Shown here one piece after another: positions 50,822 to 61,337 of a DNA stretch of 64,000 nucleotides. Under the pieces are notes generated by a model. The model did no database searches. It was not told the DNA's origin and was given only the letters and a program-made list of their open reading frames with translations. Each line of letters begins with the position of its first letter. Position 1 is the first letter of the stretch. A program made the position numbers and the translations under genes. Source of the DNA: a virus; the IMG/VR virus record IMGVR_UViG_3300031853_000030, one strand, 5' to 3'.

Positions 50822-51001
50822 ATGGGAATAATTGGAATTATTGTTATTGGAATATTTAGTTTTATCTTCCTTGGAGTACTTGGATGGATTATCAAAATAT
50901 TCGGATATGTATTTGATTTCCTACTTGATGGTTGCTGCCAAAGCTTAGGTTGCCTCTTTTGGGTAGTAATTATTTTCTTAGTTTTAATTTGCTTAATTTA
51001 A
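50822..51001 (+). CDS. small two-TM membrane protein (not in ORF track)
   Basis: 59 aa, MGIIGIIVIGIFSFIFLGVLGWII...GCLFWVVIIFLVLICLI; first gene after the promoter. Confidence 0.65.
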   Translation: MGIIGIIVIGIFSFIFLGVLGWIIKIFGYVFDFLLDGCCQSLGCLFWVVIIFLVLICLI

Positions 51002-51002
51002 T

Positions 51003-51308
51003 ATGAAATACATCGAACTTAAAGATTTTAATGCTGGCGATAACATTATTCTTGCTTGGCGAGATGATGGATATGATAAAAGATATTATCCATATAATGT
51101 TATTGTACATAAATATGGACCAAAGATTGAATTGACTGAACCTGATGACGATGAAGAAGAAATTCATTATTCTGAATTTTTTCATTCTAAAAAGGGAACA
51201 GATATTCATGGAAATTTAATTATTGAGTTGGCTGTATTTGATTCTGTTAAAGAGGCTCAGATATGGTGCGATAGAGAAAATAAATTTAACGAAACATATA
51301 ATTCATGA
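51003..51308 (+). CDS. hypothetical protein
   Basis: 101-aa ORF. Confidence 0.65.
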   Translation: MKYIELKDFNAGDNIILAWRDDGYDKRYYPYNVIVHKYGPKIELTEPDDDEEEIHYSEFFHSKKGTDIHGNLIIELAVFDSVKEAQIWCDRENKFNETYNS

Positions 51309-51745
51309 CAATATTTTTGCTTGGTGATGTTGCTTATACGGCAGCTAATTTAGACAGTAAACGACTTAATCGACAAATACAAGAATGTTATTGGTTGATT
51401 AATATGGTCGAAGGTACAGGAAAATGGAAAAATCATCCATGCAATTTTATGTATAAAGACCACATTGATTGGGTTAAGAAATATAAAGATTGTTTACTTG
51501 CATTTAAGAATAATGATTATGATAAATGTGTTGAGCTATCAAATGATGCTGAAGCAATAAAACCAGATTTTATTTGTGATGCTTTGTTTCTTAATTTCAA
51601 AAAACGTTTATATGAAAAAGACCCAATTTTTTATAAAAGATGGTCACATTTAGGAGGTACTACAGCTAATTACTATTTTGTAGATGGACACTGGTGGAAA
51701 TACGAAAATGGTAAGAAAGAAATAGATGATAATTTTGGGAAATGA
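51305..51745 (+). CDS. pyrimidine-dimer DNA glycosylase (DenV)-like family protein
   Basis: MTIF...A..LDSKRLNRQIQEC, WKNHP and L..KDP.FY. Confidence 0.7.
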   Translation: MTIFLLGDVAYTAANLDSKRLNRQIQECYWLINMVEGTGKWKNHPCNFMYKDHIDWVKKYKDCLLAFKNNDYDKCVELSNDAEAIKPDFICDALFLNFKKRLYEKDPIFYKRWSHLGGTTANYYFVDGHWWKYENGKKEIDDNFGK

Positions 51746-52854
51746 CCGAAGATAAATATTTTTTCAATAATGATTGGGATACGAAACATCCAACAATAAA
51801 CTTTTTTACATTTGTCGCGTATTGTGTAGAAGTATTTGGACATAAATGCATTATTGAACATGTTCAAGATGGTGAAATATGGTCTGATGAAGAATATTGG
51901 GGAACTATCTTTTATGATTTTGAAAATGACAGATATACATATATGTCAACTTATTTAGATGATGGTGATGAGATTGAAAGAATATTAAAAAGATGGATGG
52001 AAAACAAATCGAATCCAGATGATATATGGGATGGAAAAATATCAGAAGATTTTGTAAATGACGAAGTGTTAGCTACTGATAAAAGTAGATGGGCTGTTGA
52101 TTTTTATAAGTCATATATAGAATCAAATACGAAGTTAGATTTTGAAGATTACTACAAAGAAGTTTATAAGTTAAAAGAAAATGAATAAAGTTAAAGTCTT
52201 TTATTTGGTTTTGAAAAATTCTACATCATCAGAATGGAAAGAACTTCCTATTGATATGGTTAGGTCAATGATACCTGCTATCGATAAGAATGGAAATCCT
52301 GGATTGCTAATTTCTTATTATGATGATGAATATTGTTGTAACTGTACATTAGCATGTGATGGTATAGATTCAGTACGAACAGAAGAAATAACTTATTGAT
52401 ATGAAAGCACTCAGTAGATTTTTTATTGTCATTTGGACAATTATTTATACAGTTTTGGCATTTTGCGGCGGATTTATATTATTTCCATTATTAGATTACA
52501 TTTTTACGGGTAATTGTGATGATCCTATGGAAACAATAGGTAATATATGGGAAGATGGAAAAAAGATGATTGAGAGATTTTTTGATAGTTTATCGAATAT
52601 TAAATGCAAAAGAAATGATAAATTTTGGAAATAACTTAGAAGAGTTCATTAAAGACTTTAAAGAACGTGTAGTAGAAAACGCTTATTATAGTTATCCGAA
52701 GGATTATCGCAAAAGTGATCAATACCTTGACCAAGACTTAGATGAAAAATTTAATGAGGCTTTAGAAAGTAGTTGGGGTAAACGAGCTATTTTGGATGCT
52801 ATAGAGTCATACTACAACACTATACATGAATATGAAGAAATTTTAGGATATTGA
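51742..52854 (+). other. hypothetical CDSs (51742-52188, 52181-52399, 52401-52634, ~52615-52854)
   Basis: Packed ORFs. Confidence 0.6.
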
Positions 52855-52855
52855 T

Positions 52856-53605
52856 ATGAAGAGAATTACTATAGGAGATCCACACGGACGTTGGGGATTT
52901 GTAAAACAAATATATGATAAAGAACAACCTGATGAGGTTATTATCTTAGGAGACTATTTTGACTCTTTTAAGATAGATGTATATACCCAAAGGGAGTCTT
53001 ATGAGCATATAGTTGAACTTCGTAAAGAGCATCTTAAGAAGCATGGAAGAGGTTTTCATATGTTAATTGGAAATCATGATATGCATTATATGGATGAGAC
53101 ATTTGGTAGATGTTCAGGTTGGAATGCTTTGTCTGCTTCTATTGCCGGATATCCTTTAGTTCGCGATTGGGACAAAGAAATATTGCAAATAGTTTTCATT
53201 GATGAAATAAACAAGATTATCTACTCTCATGCCGGAGTTACAATGAATTGGTTTCAGCAATGGATTAAGTCAAATACTTTGGCAGATATAAATACAATTG
53301 AAACAAAAGCATTCCAGTTTACTTACAAAAATGGTGGTGACTACTATGGAAGTTCATCTTGGAATAGTCCATTATGGGTACGCCCAGAAGGATTAGCAAA
53401 ATCTCCATATACAGAATGGAATGATGGTAATGGAATCACATGGTCACAAGTGTTTGGACATACAGAACCAGAAGCACCTTATCATTGGATAGATGCAAAA
53501 GGAGAATTTTGGGGAATAGATTGCATCTACAAACATTATCTAATAGAGATATTGGATGATGATGGTAAGTTAATAGAAAGAAAACTTGGAGATGTAATGT
53601 CATAA
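52856..53605 (+). CDS. calcineurin-like metallophosphoesterase
   Basis: GDPHG, GDYFD, GNHD, SHAG and FGHT. Confidence 0.9.
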   Translation: MKRITIGDPHGRWGFVKQIYDKEQPDEVIILGDYFDSFKIDVYTQRESYEHIVELRKEHLKKHGRGFHMLIGNHDMHYMDETFGRCSGWNALSASIAGYPLVRDWDKEILQIVFIDEINKIIYSHAGVTMNWFQQWIKSNTLADINTIETKAFQFTYKNGGDYYGSSSWNSPLWVRPEGLAKSPYTEWNDGNGITWSQVFGHTEPEAPYHWIDAKGEFWGIDCIYKHYLIEILDDDGKLIERKLGDVMS

Positions 53606-53606
53606 A

Positions 53607-53632
53607 AAAGAGGAACCAATTGGTTCCTCTTT
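53607..53632. terminator. bidirectional terminator (perfect 26-bp palindrome)
   Basis: AAAGAGGAACCAA-TTGGTTCCTCTTT between convergent blocks. Confidence 0.85.
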
Positions 53633-53636
53633 CGTT

Positions 53637-53975
53637 TTAATAGTATGAATAAGACGTTGCGCCCTTTAAATATGCTATGTCATCTTGTAGTTCTACTATA
53701 TTATACTTAAGATAGGTAATTTCATCATACAATTTAGATATATGGTTAATGCATATTTCAGAAAATGCATATAAGAAAGATGTGGCACTATTTAAATTAT
53801 AGCTTAAATATGAATTGTTCATTTCTGATGAACTCATAAAATTACGTATTTCTTGATTGTTAGACTTCATTATTTCAGAAAGTTTAACAAATGAAGAACG
53901 CAATGGTTCATCTTTTATACTATAATCTTTTCCACTAATTCTAATTCGAGATACATTGCCACTATTATAATCCAT
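53637..53975 (-). CDS. fibre-module protein (coiled coil)
   Basis: VSRIRISGKDYSIKD N-terminal motif shared with three neighbours. Confidence 0.55.
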   Translation of the reverse strand: MDYNSGNVSRIRISGKDYSIKDEPLRSSFVKLSEIMKSNNQEIRNFMSSSEMNNSYLSYNLNSATSFLYAFSEICINHISKLYDEITYLKYNIVELQDDIAYLKGATSYSYY

Positions 53976-53993
53976 TCTATCTAATTATATTTT

Positions 53994-54941
53994 TTATCCT
54001 ATGTATGAATATGAGTATGAATTACCTACATTTAAGAACTCTAATATACCTTCACCATTTTCTTCAATTCTACGTACACCCATTGCGCTATCTACAATAG
54101 CACCAAGTGTTGTATAAACTTCATCAATCTTTGTATCAGTGTACTGGTTACAACCAATATAAGCAAGTTCAATATCTTCACTTAATTTTGCAATTTCAGT
54201 GTCTGTATATTGTTTTGATTCAGTTACTGCTGAAGCTTTTGCTGTATTAGCCTTGGTTGTTGCATCAGAAGCAGCAGAATTTATTGCAGAAGTTTTAGCA
54301 TTATCTGTATATTTCTTAACACCATAAATAGTGTTAGCTGTTGCTGCATCACTAGATTTACCAACTACAGTATTTATTGCAGAAGTTTTTGAATCATCTA
54401 CATACTTCTTAACAGTACTTGTTCCTAATCCAGCAAGTTTATCAACAAGAGTTGTCCAACTATTTACTGTAGTACCTTCAAGTTCTTGTTTGATTAATGC
54501 AAGATCATTTTGAATATTAACTAATTGTTCTGGAGTTAATTTTGCAATTTCTTTAACAGAATCTTCAACAGTTTTTATTCTCTTACGAAGACCTGCTGAA
54601 TCACTTCCACCAATTTGGTTATAGATTTGAGTGAAAGAATTACTAATCTTATTAAGTAAGTATGCAGTTGAATGTATACCTGTTGTATTTTGACCTTTAC
54701 CTGCATTTTGTTCAGTTGATGATACTGTTTCTGTACCAGCCCAGCCATCTTTAATTGTAGTTAACTTAAGACCACCCCAGTCAATATCAATCGCATCTAC
54801 AACATATCCATCTGGTGTAGTTTCAGTACCACCCTTTTTAACTTTTTCGGCAACCTTTGTAGCACCAGTAAATGTACCTGCATAATTAACAGTACTATCT
54901 ACACCCCAAAATTTACCTTTACCGTTATTTAAATCTGCCAT
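53994..54941 (-). CDS. putative fibre/appendage protein with trimeric coiled-coil repeats
   Basis: Repeats KKYVDD, KKYTDN, KQYTDT and NQYTDT; Ala/Thr-rich. Confidence 0.6.
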   Translation of the reverse strand: MADLNNGKGKFWGVDSTVNYAGTFTGATKVAEKVKKGGTETTPDGYVVDAIDIDWGGLKLTTIKDGWAGTETVSSTEQNAGKGQNTTGIHSTAYLLNKISNSFTQIYNQIGGSDSAGLRKRIKTVEDSVKEIAKLTPEQLVNIQNDLALIKQELEGTTVNSWTTLVDKLAGLGTSTVKKYVDDSKTSAINTVVGKSSDAATANTIYGVKKYTDNAKTSAINSAASDATTKANTAKASAVTESKQYTDTEIAKLSEDIELAYIGCNQYTDTKIDEVYTTLGAIVDSAMGVRRIEENGEGILEFLNVGNSYSYSYIG

Positions 54942-54984
54942 ATATTATATAATGTTATATTTATTTCTGATATTTAAATTGTTA

Positions 54985-55893
54985 TTAAACAATTGCTTTA
55001 ACATATACATTAGTATTTGCTGCAAATGAATTTAATGAACGATATACTTTATATGTCTTACCAATTGAATATGTTTGTACATCACTTAAGTCTACAACAC
55101 CACCACCAAGTTTAGCACTATCAACAGTTGCTTTATCAGTTGACATTACAAATGATTTAGCGGCATTTGTGAATATGTAAATATAACCTGCTGAAGTTGG
55201 TTTTAATGTTACTGTTGTGTTATTGTTGATTGTTACTGTAGTAGGAGTTACTGCTGTACTACCCATAGTGAACTTAAATCCACCTGTCTTATTGCTTGCT
55301 GGTTGAAGTGCTGTTGCATTAAATGTCCAAGCAGCTGCAACTGTAGCTGTTCTTGAAATAGTTATACTTGATGTTGATGCACTATCATAAGTACCTGTTG
55401 ATGGATTTACTGTAGCACCCTTTGTAGTAAATTGGAATGATGCAGAACCATTATTAGCAATGGCTACACTACCGCCAATTGTATAAGTAGTTCCACTACC
55501 TGAAATTGTTACACCTGTTGTACCACATGTTGGTTTTTGACCATTAGAAACAGTAAGAGTACCAGCAACTGTACCAGTTACTGAAGATGTATTTGGAGCA
55601 TCAACACTATATGATGTAGTAGCAGCACCGTTCCATTTGAAACCAGAAATTGAAATTGTAGGTGCATTATAAGTAACTGCTACCAATTTAACTTTTTTAC
55701 CAGCTAATGCTAATTTATACATTTTACCATTAGCGTCTTTGAAAGTAATATCTCCAGTAACACCATCTACTGGAACGGAAATGTTGTTTGCTGCAGTTTG
55801 TGCTGCTTGAGCTGCTGCTAAAGCTTCTTTGTCACGAAATGCAAAATCTTCATTACCGATTCTTACCTTTGAAATGTATTTGCTATCTGCCAT
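54985..55893 (-). CDS. putative fibre/decoration protein with Thr/Gly-rich beta-sandwich (Ig-like) domains
   Basis: ISKVRIGNEDFAFRD motif followed by a T/S/G/A-rich beta-strand pattern. Confidence 0.6.
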   Translation of the reverse strand: MADSKYISKVRIGNEDFAFRDKEALAAAQAAQTAANNISVPVDGVTGDITFKDANGKMYKLALAGKKVKLVAVTYNAPTISISGFKWNGAATTSYSVDAPNTSSVTGTVAGTLTVSNGQKPTCGTTGVTISGSGTTYTIGGSVAIANNGSASFQFTTKGATVNPSTGTYDSASTSSITISRTATVAAAWTFNATALQPASNKTGGFKFTMGSTAVTPTTVTINNNTTVTLKPTSAGYIYIFTNAAKSFVMSTDKATVDSAKLGGGVVDLSDVQTYSIGKTYKVYRSLNSFAANTNVYVKAIV

Positions 55894-55913
55894 AAAATAT
55901 AAATGTTATTTTT

Positions 55914-56720
55914 TTATTTATCTATAAAGATATTTATAAGATATTCATTGTATGAAATATTATCTGCACTAATATATGAGTTATTAATAAATTTCGCAGT
56001 ATTTGTTACGAAATTTGAAAATCCATTGAAACGATTTGCTACATGATTAGCAAAATCTGATATTGATTGAATAGAATGTGAAATTTCACTATGTATTTCA
56101 GCATCATGCAATGTATAATCAGTATCACCAAAGCGCAGTTTAGATATTTGACCAGTGTATGAATTTGCCATGATTTACCGAAATATATTTATTTACTATT
56201 CAAATTTAATGTTAATTCATATTCATCATCTTGAATTTGTGATACTGTACATTCAATTTCATTTAAAAATGTTTCAGTTTCTGATTTGAAACTTTCTAAA
56301 CTTTGCAAAGCACTATTAGTCTCAGATTCTAATGATGATAATGTATTATTTGTTTGATTTATTTTGTTATGTGCGTCTGTATCACGTATAGTATAATCAT
56401 TCTCACCAAAACGTAATTTTGAAATATTATTATCGTTCATATTGAGTCTTTATTTAATTTTTTTCTAATATTAATATATTTTCGTCTAATGCTGATATAT
56501 ATGAGAATGAATAATTTTTACTCATTTCTCCTATTTTGTCATATATATCTTCATGTACACTGTCAATATCATTTAATTTTTGATATATATCTTGATGTTC
56601 TTCAAAATTTTCTTGTAATGAAGTACGTAAATTATTTATTGAGTCATGTACGCGTTGAGCAAAATTAGATATAGTATTAATAGATTCATCAATTATTTCA
56701 TTACCTGTATAACTAATCAT
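55914..56720 (-). other. three small fibre-module proteins (55914-56171, 56189-56440, 56454-56720)
   Basis: ISKLRFGDTDYTLHD and ISKLRFGENDYTIRD; shared ISYTG/NSYTG and SI..IS.FA.RV segments. Confidence 0.6.
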
Positions 56721-56832
56721 GCTTATTTTACATATGTTTTAATTAAAAATAATACGTTGCAAAAATATGATAATGAATTTGCATTATTTCATGAACTATT
56801 TCTATTTTTATTAAAATAACTTTATAAAATAT

Positions 56833-57594
56833 ATGGAGAATTTTCTTGAGCGTTTATTTAATAATGTAAACGAAGACGAAAGATTAGATTTGACAAAGAA
56901 AGAAGACGTTGAAAAATTTCATGAAAAGATAAATGAATTACGTGAAAATGAAGCATTTTTGACTCTTGCGCAAATGTTTGGATATGATTTGACTGATGAA
57001 TTAGATACATTAGACGAATTTGCAGATAATACATTCAAAAAAGCAGAAGAAAAACGTAAACAAGAAGAAAAGAAGATTGAACGTCCATCAACAAAATTGA
57101 CAACTGAACAAGGTTTACAAGTTCATAAACTTGTACAAGAATATGTTGATACAATGATTAGACCATTTAATAATGGTGTATTGTCAAATGATCAAATCAA
57201 TGATGCTTATGCAGGTCTTTATGAATTTGCTGCATGGATTTTAAATAAAAAGTAAAATTGTATGTTAAAACCAAATGACTTAAAAAGTCAAATTGCAGCG
57301 TCAATTAAGAATATTATAGTGCCTGCAATTGAGCAATGTATGAAAAGCAAGACACCTGAAAAAAGTGAAAAGGGTGATACTGAAGCAGAAAATTTCGCTA
57401 AAGCGTTTGACGAACAAGTTTCTGAACAGTTTGCAGATGCTTTAGCTAATGCTATTGATTATTATGTTAAGAACGCAGACATTACAGGTAACTTAATTAC
57501 AAATGGTTCACCTACTACACATGTTTGCACAATAGCACCACCTCCAACTCCAGTTGCTGGAGGTAAAATACCAAACACTTTAGGTATATCATAA
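56833..57594 (+). other. hypothetical CDSs 56833-57255 and 57262-57594
   Basis: ORF track. Confidence 0.65.
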
Positions 57595-57720
57595 ATTGTT
57601 ATTTTTATATAACAAATTTGAAATTATACCATTTGACAAGACTATATTATATTAATACAAATGAAATGGATGTTCCATTTCAATTTGACAAAAAATTTAT
57701 AAAAATATTTGACATTTATT

Positions 57721-58824
57721 ATGGCAACAGAAAATGACATTCTCGGATTTGATCCACAAAGTTTATCAGTATTTAACACAGAAGAACAACAACCAAAATC
57801 ACAAGGCAATCCATTAATTTACAAAACACGTCCTGCTGATTCAGTATCAGAAAATGGACATTATTATGCAACTATTAAGGTTGTTTATAATCCTTTTAAT
57901 CCTAAACAATCAACACTTGATCAACAGTCTTATGCAATTCAGGATAAGGATGGTTGGTTAACAGTAGTTTCTTCCCTTACAAATAACGATACTTCATGTC
58001 CTATCTTTAAGGCTTGGAAAAAGTGCCACTATGCAGATAAGGGTACTGCTCTTTGGAAGCAAGCAGCTAAGGTTGAAGAAGGCGGTAAAGCATTATTTGA
58101 CAAGCGTTTTGCTCGTTATTGTGTAATTCAAGTTTTGGAAGATAAGAATCAACCAGAGTTGGTAGGTAAGTTCTTATTCTGGAAGCTTCCAAAGGCAATT
58201 TATGATTTAATTACCACTAAGATGAATCCTGCAAAAGAATCAGGTAAGGCAGCAATTCCTGTTATGGACTATTTGTTTGGTCGTGCAATTGAACTTGAAG
58301 TAGTTCCAGGTCCAGGTAATCCAGGTGATGAACGTTATGCACGTGAAACTAAGTACATTGGCGAATTGACAGAAGATGTAGTAACATGTATTGCTCCAGA
58401 TGGTAGTCCATTACTTAACGATGAGGAACAAAAGATTCTTGATAAGTACGTATTTGATATGATGCGTGTTTGGAAAGAAAAGGATCCCGCAAAGCGTGAT
58501 GACCTTAAGGCTACAGTAGATGCAGATGAAAACACAATTGCACTTCGTAAGTTCTATAATGAAAAGATTTTCCCACAAATCAAGCAATGGTGTCCTAATT
58601 TGATTGAAACACTCGGTTATAAGGAATGGGATGACAATACAAAGGCAAGAGTTCAAAAGTGGATTGATATTGTACTTGCAGGTAATGATCCACATACTGC
58701 AGATGAAGCACCTGCAGCAGCTGCAACAGTTGGTACAGAACCAAAAGCAGAAACACCAGCTCCAGCAGCAGAAAAGCCAATGTTTGAAACAGAAGACACA
58801 TCAACAGATGACCTTCCATTCTAA
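57721..58824 (+). CDS. single-stranded DNA-binding protein (T4 gp32-like)
   Basis: SCPI, RYCVIQVLEDKNQPELVGK..FWK.PKAI.D.I and acidic tail ending DDLPF; ATG start at 57721. Confidence 0.8.
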   Translation: MATENDILGFDPQSLSVFNTEEQQPKSQGNPLIYKTRPADSVSENGHYYATIKVVYNPFNPKQSTLDQQSYAIQDKDGWLTVVSSLTNNDTSCPIFKAWKKCHYADKGTALWKQAAKVEEGGKALFDKRFARYCVIQVLEDKNQPELVGKFLFWKLPKAIYDLITTKMNPAKESGKAAIPVMDYLFGRAIELEVVPGPGNPGDERYARETKYIGELTEDVVTCIAPDGSPLLNDEEQKILDKYVFDMMRVWKEKDPAKRDDLKATVDADENTIALRKFYNEKIFPQIKQWCPNLIETLGYKEWDDNTKARVQKWIDIVLAGNDPHTADEAPAAAATVGTEPKAETPAPAAEKPMFETEDTSTDDLPF

Positions 58825-58844
58825 ACATTAACTGTATAAATAAT

Positions 58845-58874
58845 AAGAGCTATTCATTGAATAGCTCTTTTTTT
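58845..58874 (+). terminator. intrinsic terminator
   Basis: AAGAGCTATTCA-t-TGAATAGCTCTT plus T run. Confidence 0.85.
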
Positions 58875-58908
58875 ATGTTCTATTTTATCTTAAATAAAGT
58901 ATATTGAA

Positions 58909-59283
58909 ATGAGTGCGAATATTCAAGATATATTAAAAGAAAAATTTGCAAACGTTGATGTGGAACAGGTAGCTGCACAGATAAACGAAGAAATAAAAAA
59001 ATCTACAGAAAATATGGAAAACAAATTACAAACAGGTATGATTATGGATGGCGTTGCACAAACTGAAGAGCAAAAGCAGGCTAAAGAAAATCTTAATGAG
59101 GCAGTAGGTCTTAATCAAGAACAAATTATGCAAGCAATGGCTCGTTATAAAGCAGCTCATACACCAAAGATTAAAGAACATAAAATTGGTCGTAATGATC
59201 CATGCCCATGCGGTTCAGGTAAAAAGTATAAGAATTGTTGTTTAAGTACAGGCAAATATGAAAATTACATAATGAAGAAATAA
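58909..59283 (+). CDS. SEC-C motif protein
   Basis: [20 protein letters not shown]. Confidence 0.9.
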   Translation: MSANIQDILKEKFANVDVEQVAAQINEEIKKSTENMENKLQTGMIMDGVAQTEEQKQAKENLNEAVGLNQEQIMQAMARYKAAHTPKIKEHKIGRNDPCPCGSGKKYKNCCLSTGKYENYIMKK

Positions 59284-59285
59284 TT

Positions 59286-59651
59286 ATGAAGTTTACATTT
59301 GAAACAAGTTATAGAAATAACAAATATGAGATAAAAATTACTGCCGGTGAAGGCATGAGTTTACAAAATGCAGGAGCAATTATAACAATCGGGCATAATG
59401 ATTCTTATATTAGTTCTGACAAACAAATTGAAAATGCAATAAAGACATTATTAGACAATACACGCTATACTGTAAAAGAAAGACAAGAAGCTGAAATTGA
59501 AGCAAATCGTTTTATTGCTTATCTTAAGAATGACATTAAGGGAATTAATCCTCATATAGAGCAAACTCATATTCCAGATGAAATTGTATCAATTTTTGAA
59601 GAAGAAAATGAAGAGAAAAATACTGATGAAGAATTAATAAATGAGCAGTAA
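59286..59651 (+). CDS. hypothetical protein
   Basis: 121-aa ORF. Confidence 0.65.
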   Translation: MKFTFETSYRNNKYEIKITAGEGMSLQNAGAIITIGHNDSYISSDKQIENAIKTLLDNTRYTVKERQEAEIEANRFIAYLKNDIKGINPHIEQTHIPDEIVSIFEEENEEKNTDEELINEQ

Positions 59652-60804
59652 TATTGATTTTTTAATTGTTGGAGCAGGATTATATGGAGCGACAATTGCA
59701 AGAACATTAACAGGATTTGAATATAATTGCTTAATTATAGACAAACGTAGTCATATAGCAGGAAATATTTATTCAGAAAATATTAATGGATATGACAAAC
59801 ACATGTATGGACCTCATATATTCCATACAGACAAACCACAAGTAGAAGCATTTGCTCAAAGATACATGGAATGGATTCCATATATTCAAAATACTAAAGC
59901 TACTGATGGAGAAAAAGCATATCATTTACCATTTAATATGGACACTTATTATGATATTTTTGGTGTAATGACTCCAGAAGCAGCATTTGAAATTATTGAA
60001 GATGAGAAAAAAGAATATGGTGTAGAAAACCCAACTAATCTTGAAGAACAAGCAATCAATATGGTTGGTAAAACAATTTATGAAAAGTTAATTAAAAACT
60101 ACACTGAAAAACAATGGGGTAGAAAATGTACAGAAATTAGTCCTGATATTATCAAACGCTTACCATTAAGATTCTTTTACAATAACAATTATTTCAATGA
60201 TTATTTTCAAGCTATTCCAAAATATGGATATACTAAATTTGTTGAAAACATAATTGGTGATATTCCATGTTTATGTAACATTGAATTCAATAAAGATACT
60301 TATGAATATTGGAAAGATAATGTCAAATATGGAATAATCTATTGCGGTGCGGTTGATGAATTATTAGAATATCAACTTGGCGAACTTGAATGGCGCAGTT
60401 TACGATTTGAAGACAAACAAATTGAGTATAATGGACATAATGGTCAAGGATCACCAATTGTAAATGATGTAAGTACAAATCCATACACAAGATGTATTGA
60501 ACACATGTGGTTTACACCCGATAAAGTAAAAATTGGAACTAAATCAATTTTAACATTTGAATATCCTGATAATTGGGAAAGAGGTAAAGAACGTTATTAC
60601 GCAGTAAATAATGATAATACCGAAAAGAAATATCAGTCATATCTTGATTTACTTCAAAGACAAATGCCAAAAATAATTCTGGGAGGTAGACTTGGAAAAT
60701 ATCGTTATTTTGATATGGATGACACAATTGCTGAAGCAATTAAAGATGGCAGTGCATTAGTAGAAAAATATCCAAAGCATGATTATGGTGGACTTATTGA
60801 ATAA
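59641..60804 (+). CDS. glf: UDP-galactopyranose mutase
   Basis: IVGAGLYG, HIAGN, HMYGPHIFHT, YTEKQWG, NNYFND.FQ.IP, LEWRSL, YYAVN and GRLGKYRYFDMD. Confidence 0.95.
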   Translation: MSSNIDFLIVGAGLYGATIARTLTGFEYNCLIIDKRSHIAGNIYSENINGYDKHMYGPHIFHTDKPQVEAFAQRYMEWIPYIQNTKATDGEKAYHLPFNMDTYYDIFGVMTPEAAFEIIEDEKKEYGVENPTNLEEQAINMVGKTIYEKLIKNYTEKQWGRKCTEISPDIIKRLPLRFFYNNNYFNDYFQAIPKYGYTKFVENIIGDIPCLCNIEFNKDTYEYWKDNVKYGIIYCGAVDELLEYQLGELEWRSLRFEDKQIEYNGHNGQGSPIVNDVSTNPYTRCIEHMWFTPDKVKIGTKSILTFEYPDNWERGKERYYAVNNDNTEKKYQSYLDLLQRQMPKIILGGRLGKYRYFDMDDTIAEAIKDGSALVEKYPKHDYGGLIE

Positions 60805-61268
60805 TGAAGTTAATATTGGTGATAAAGTTGCATTCTTACCACATAAAGATTGGAGACCTACAGAGATTCAATATGGAATTGTAGAAAAAATGGCAAAAGG
60901 TAATGGTGCTGCTTGGTGTAAAAGTCTAAATAGTGAACACAATTTACTACTTCGATATGGACATCAACTCATCAAATTAAACTAATATGACATTAGAAGA
61001 ACAATTAAAAGAATTTCCTGAAGAATTTACTTTAGCTTTAGAACGTGCTAAAGAACTTCAATTTCCCAAAGTTGTAAATTATGGTGTAGAAGTATTTAAT
61101 ATTAAAGATGATGTCGAAAAAATGAGTGATGACGATTTTAATTCTTTAGTATTATTTTTGCGGCAAATATACAATTTTGGTTTTTATGCTGGTGTAAGTT
61201 TTACATTAGATCCAGAAAGCTATATAAAGAATTATTCTGAAGATGATAAGAATGAGGAAACAAAATAA
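60779..61268 (+). other. hypothetical CDSs 60779-60985 and 60987-61268
   Basis: ORF track. Confidence 0.6.
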
Positions 61269-61282
61269 GTTTCCTCATTTTT
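61251..61282 (+). terminator. intrinsic terminator
   Basis: AATGAGGAAAC-aaaataa-GTTTCCTCATT plus T run. Confidence 0.8.
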
Positions 61283-61320
61283 GAATAATATATGAGTTTT
61301 TTCTATATTATATATGTAAA
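61281..61320 (+). promoter_or_regulatory. phage early promoter
   Basis: TTGAA-N17-CTATATTATATATGTAA. Confidence 0.8.
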
Positions 61321-61337
61321 ACAAATAAATAAATTAA

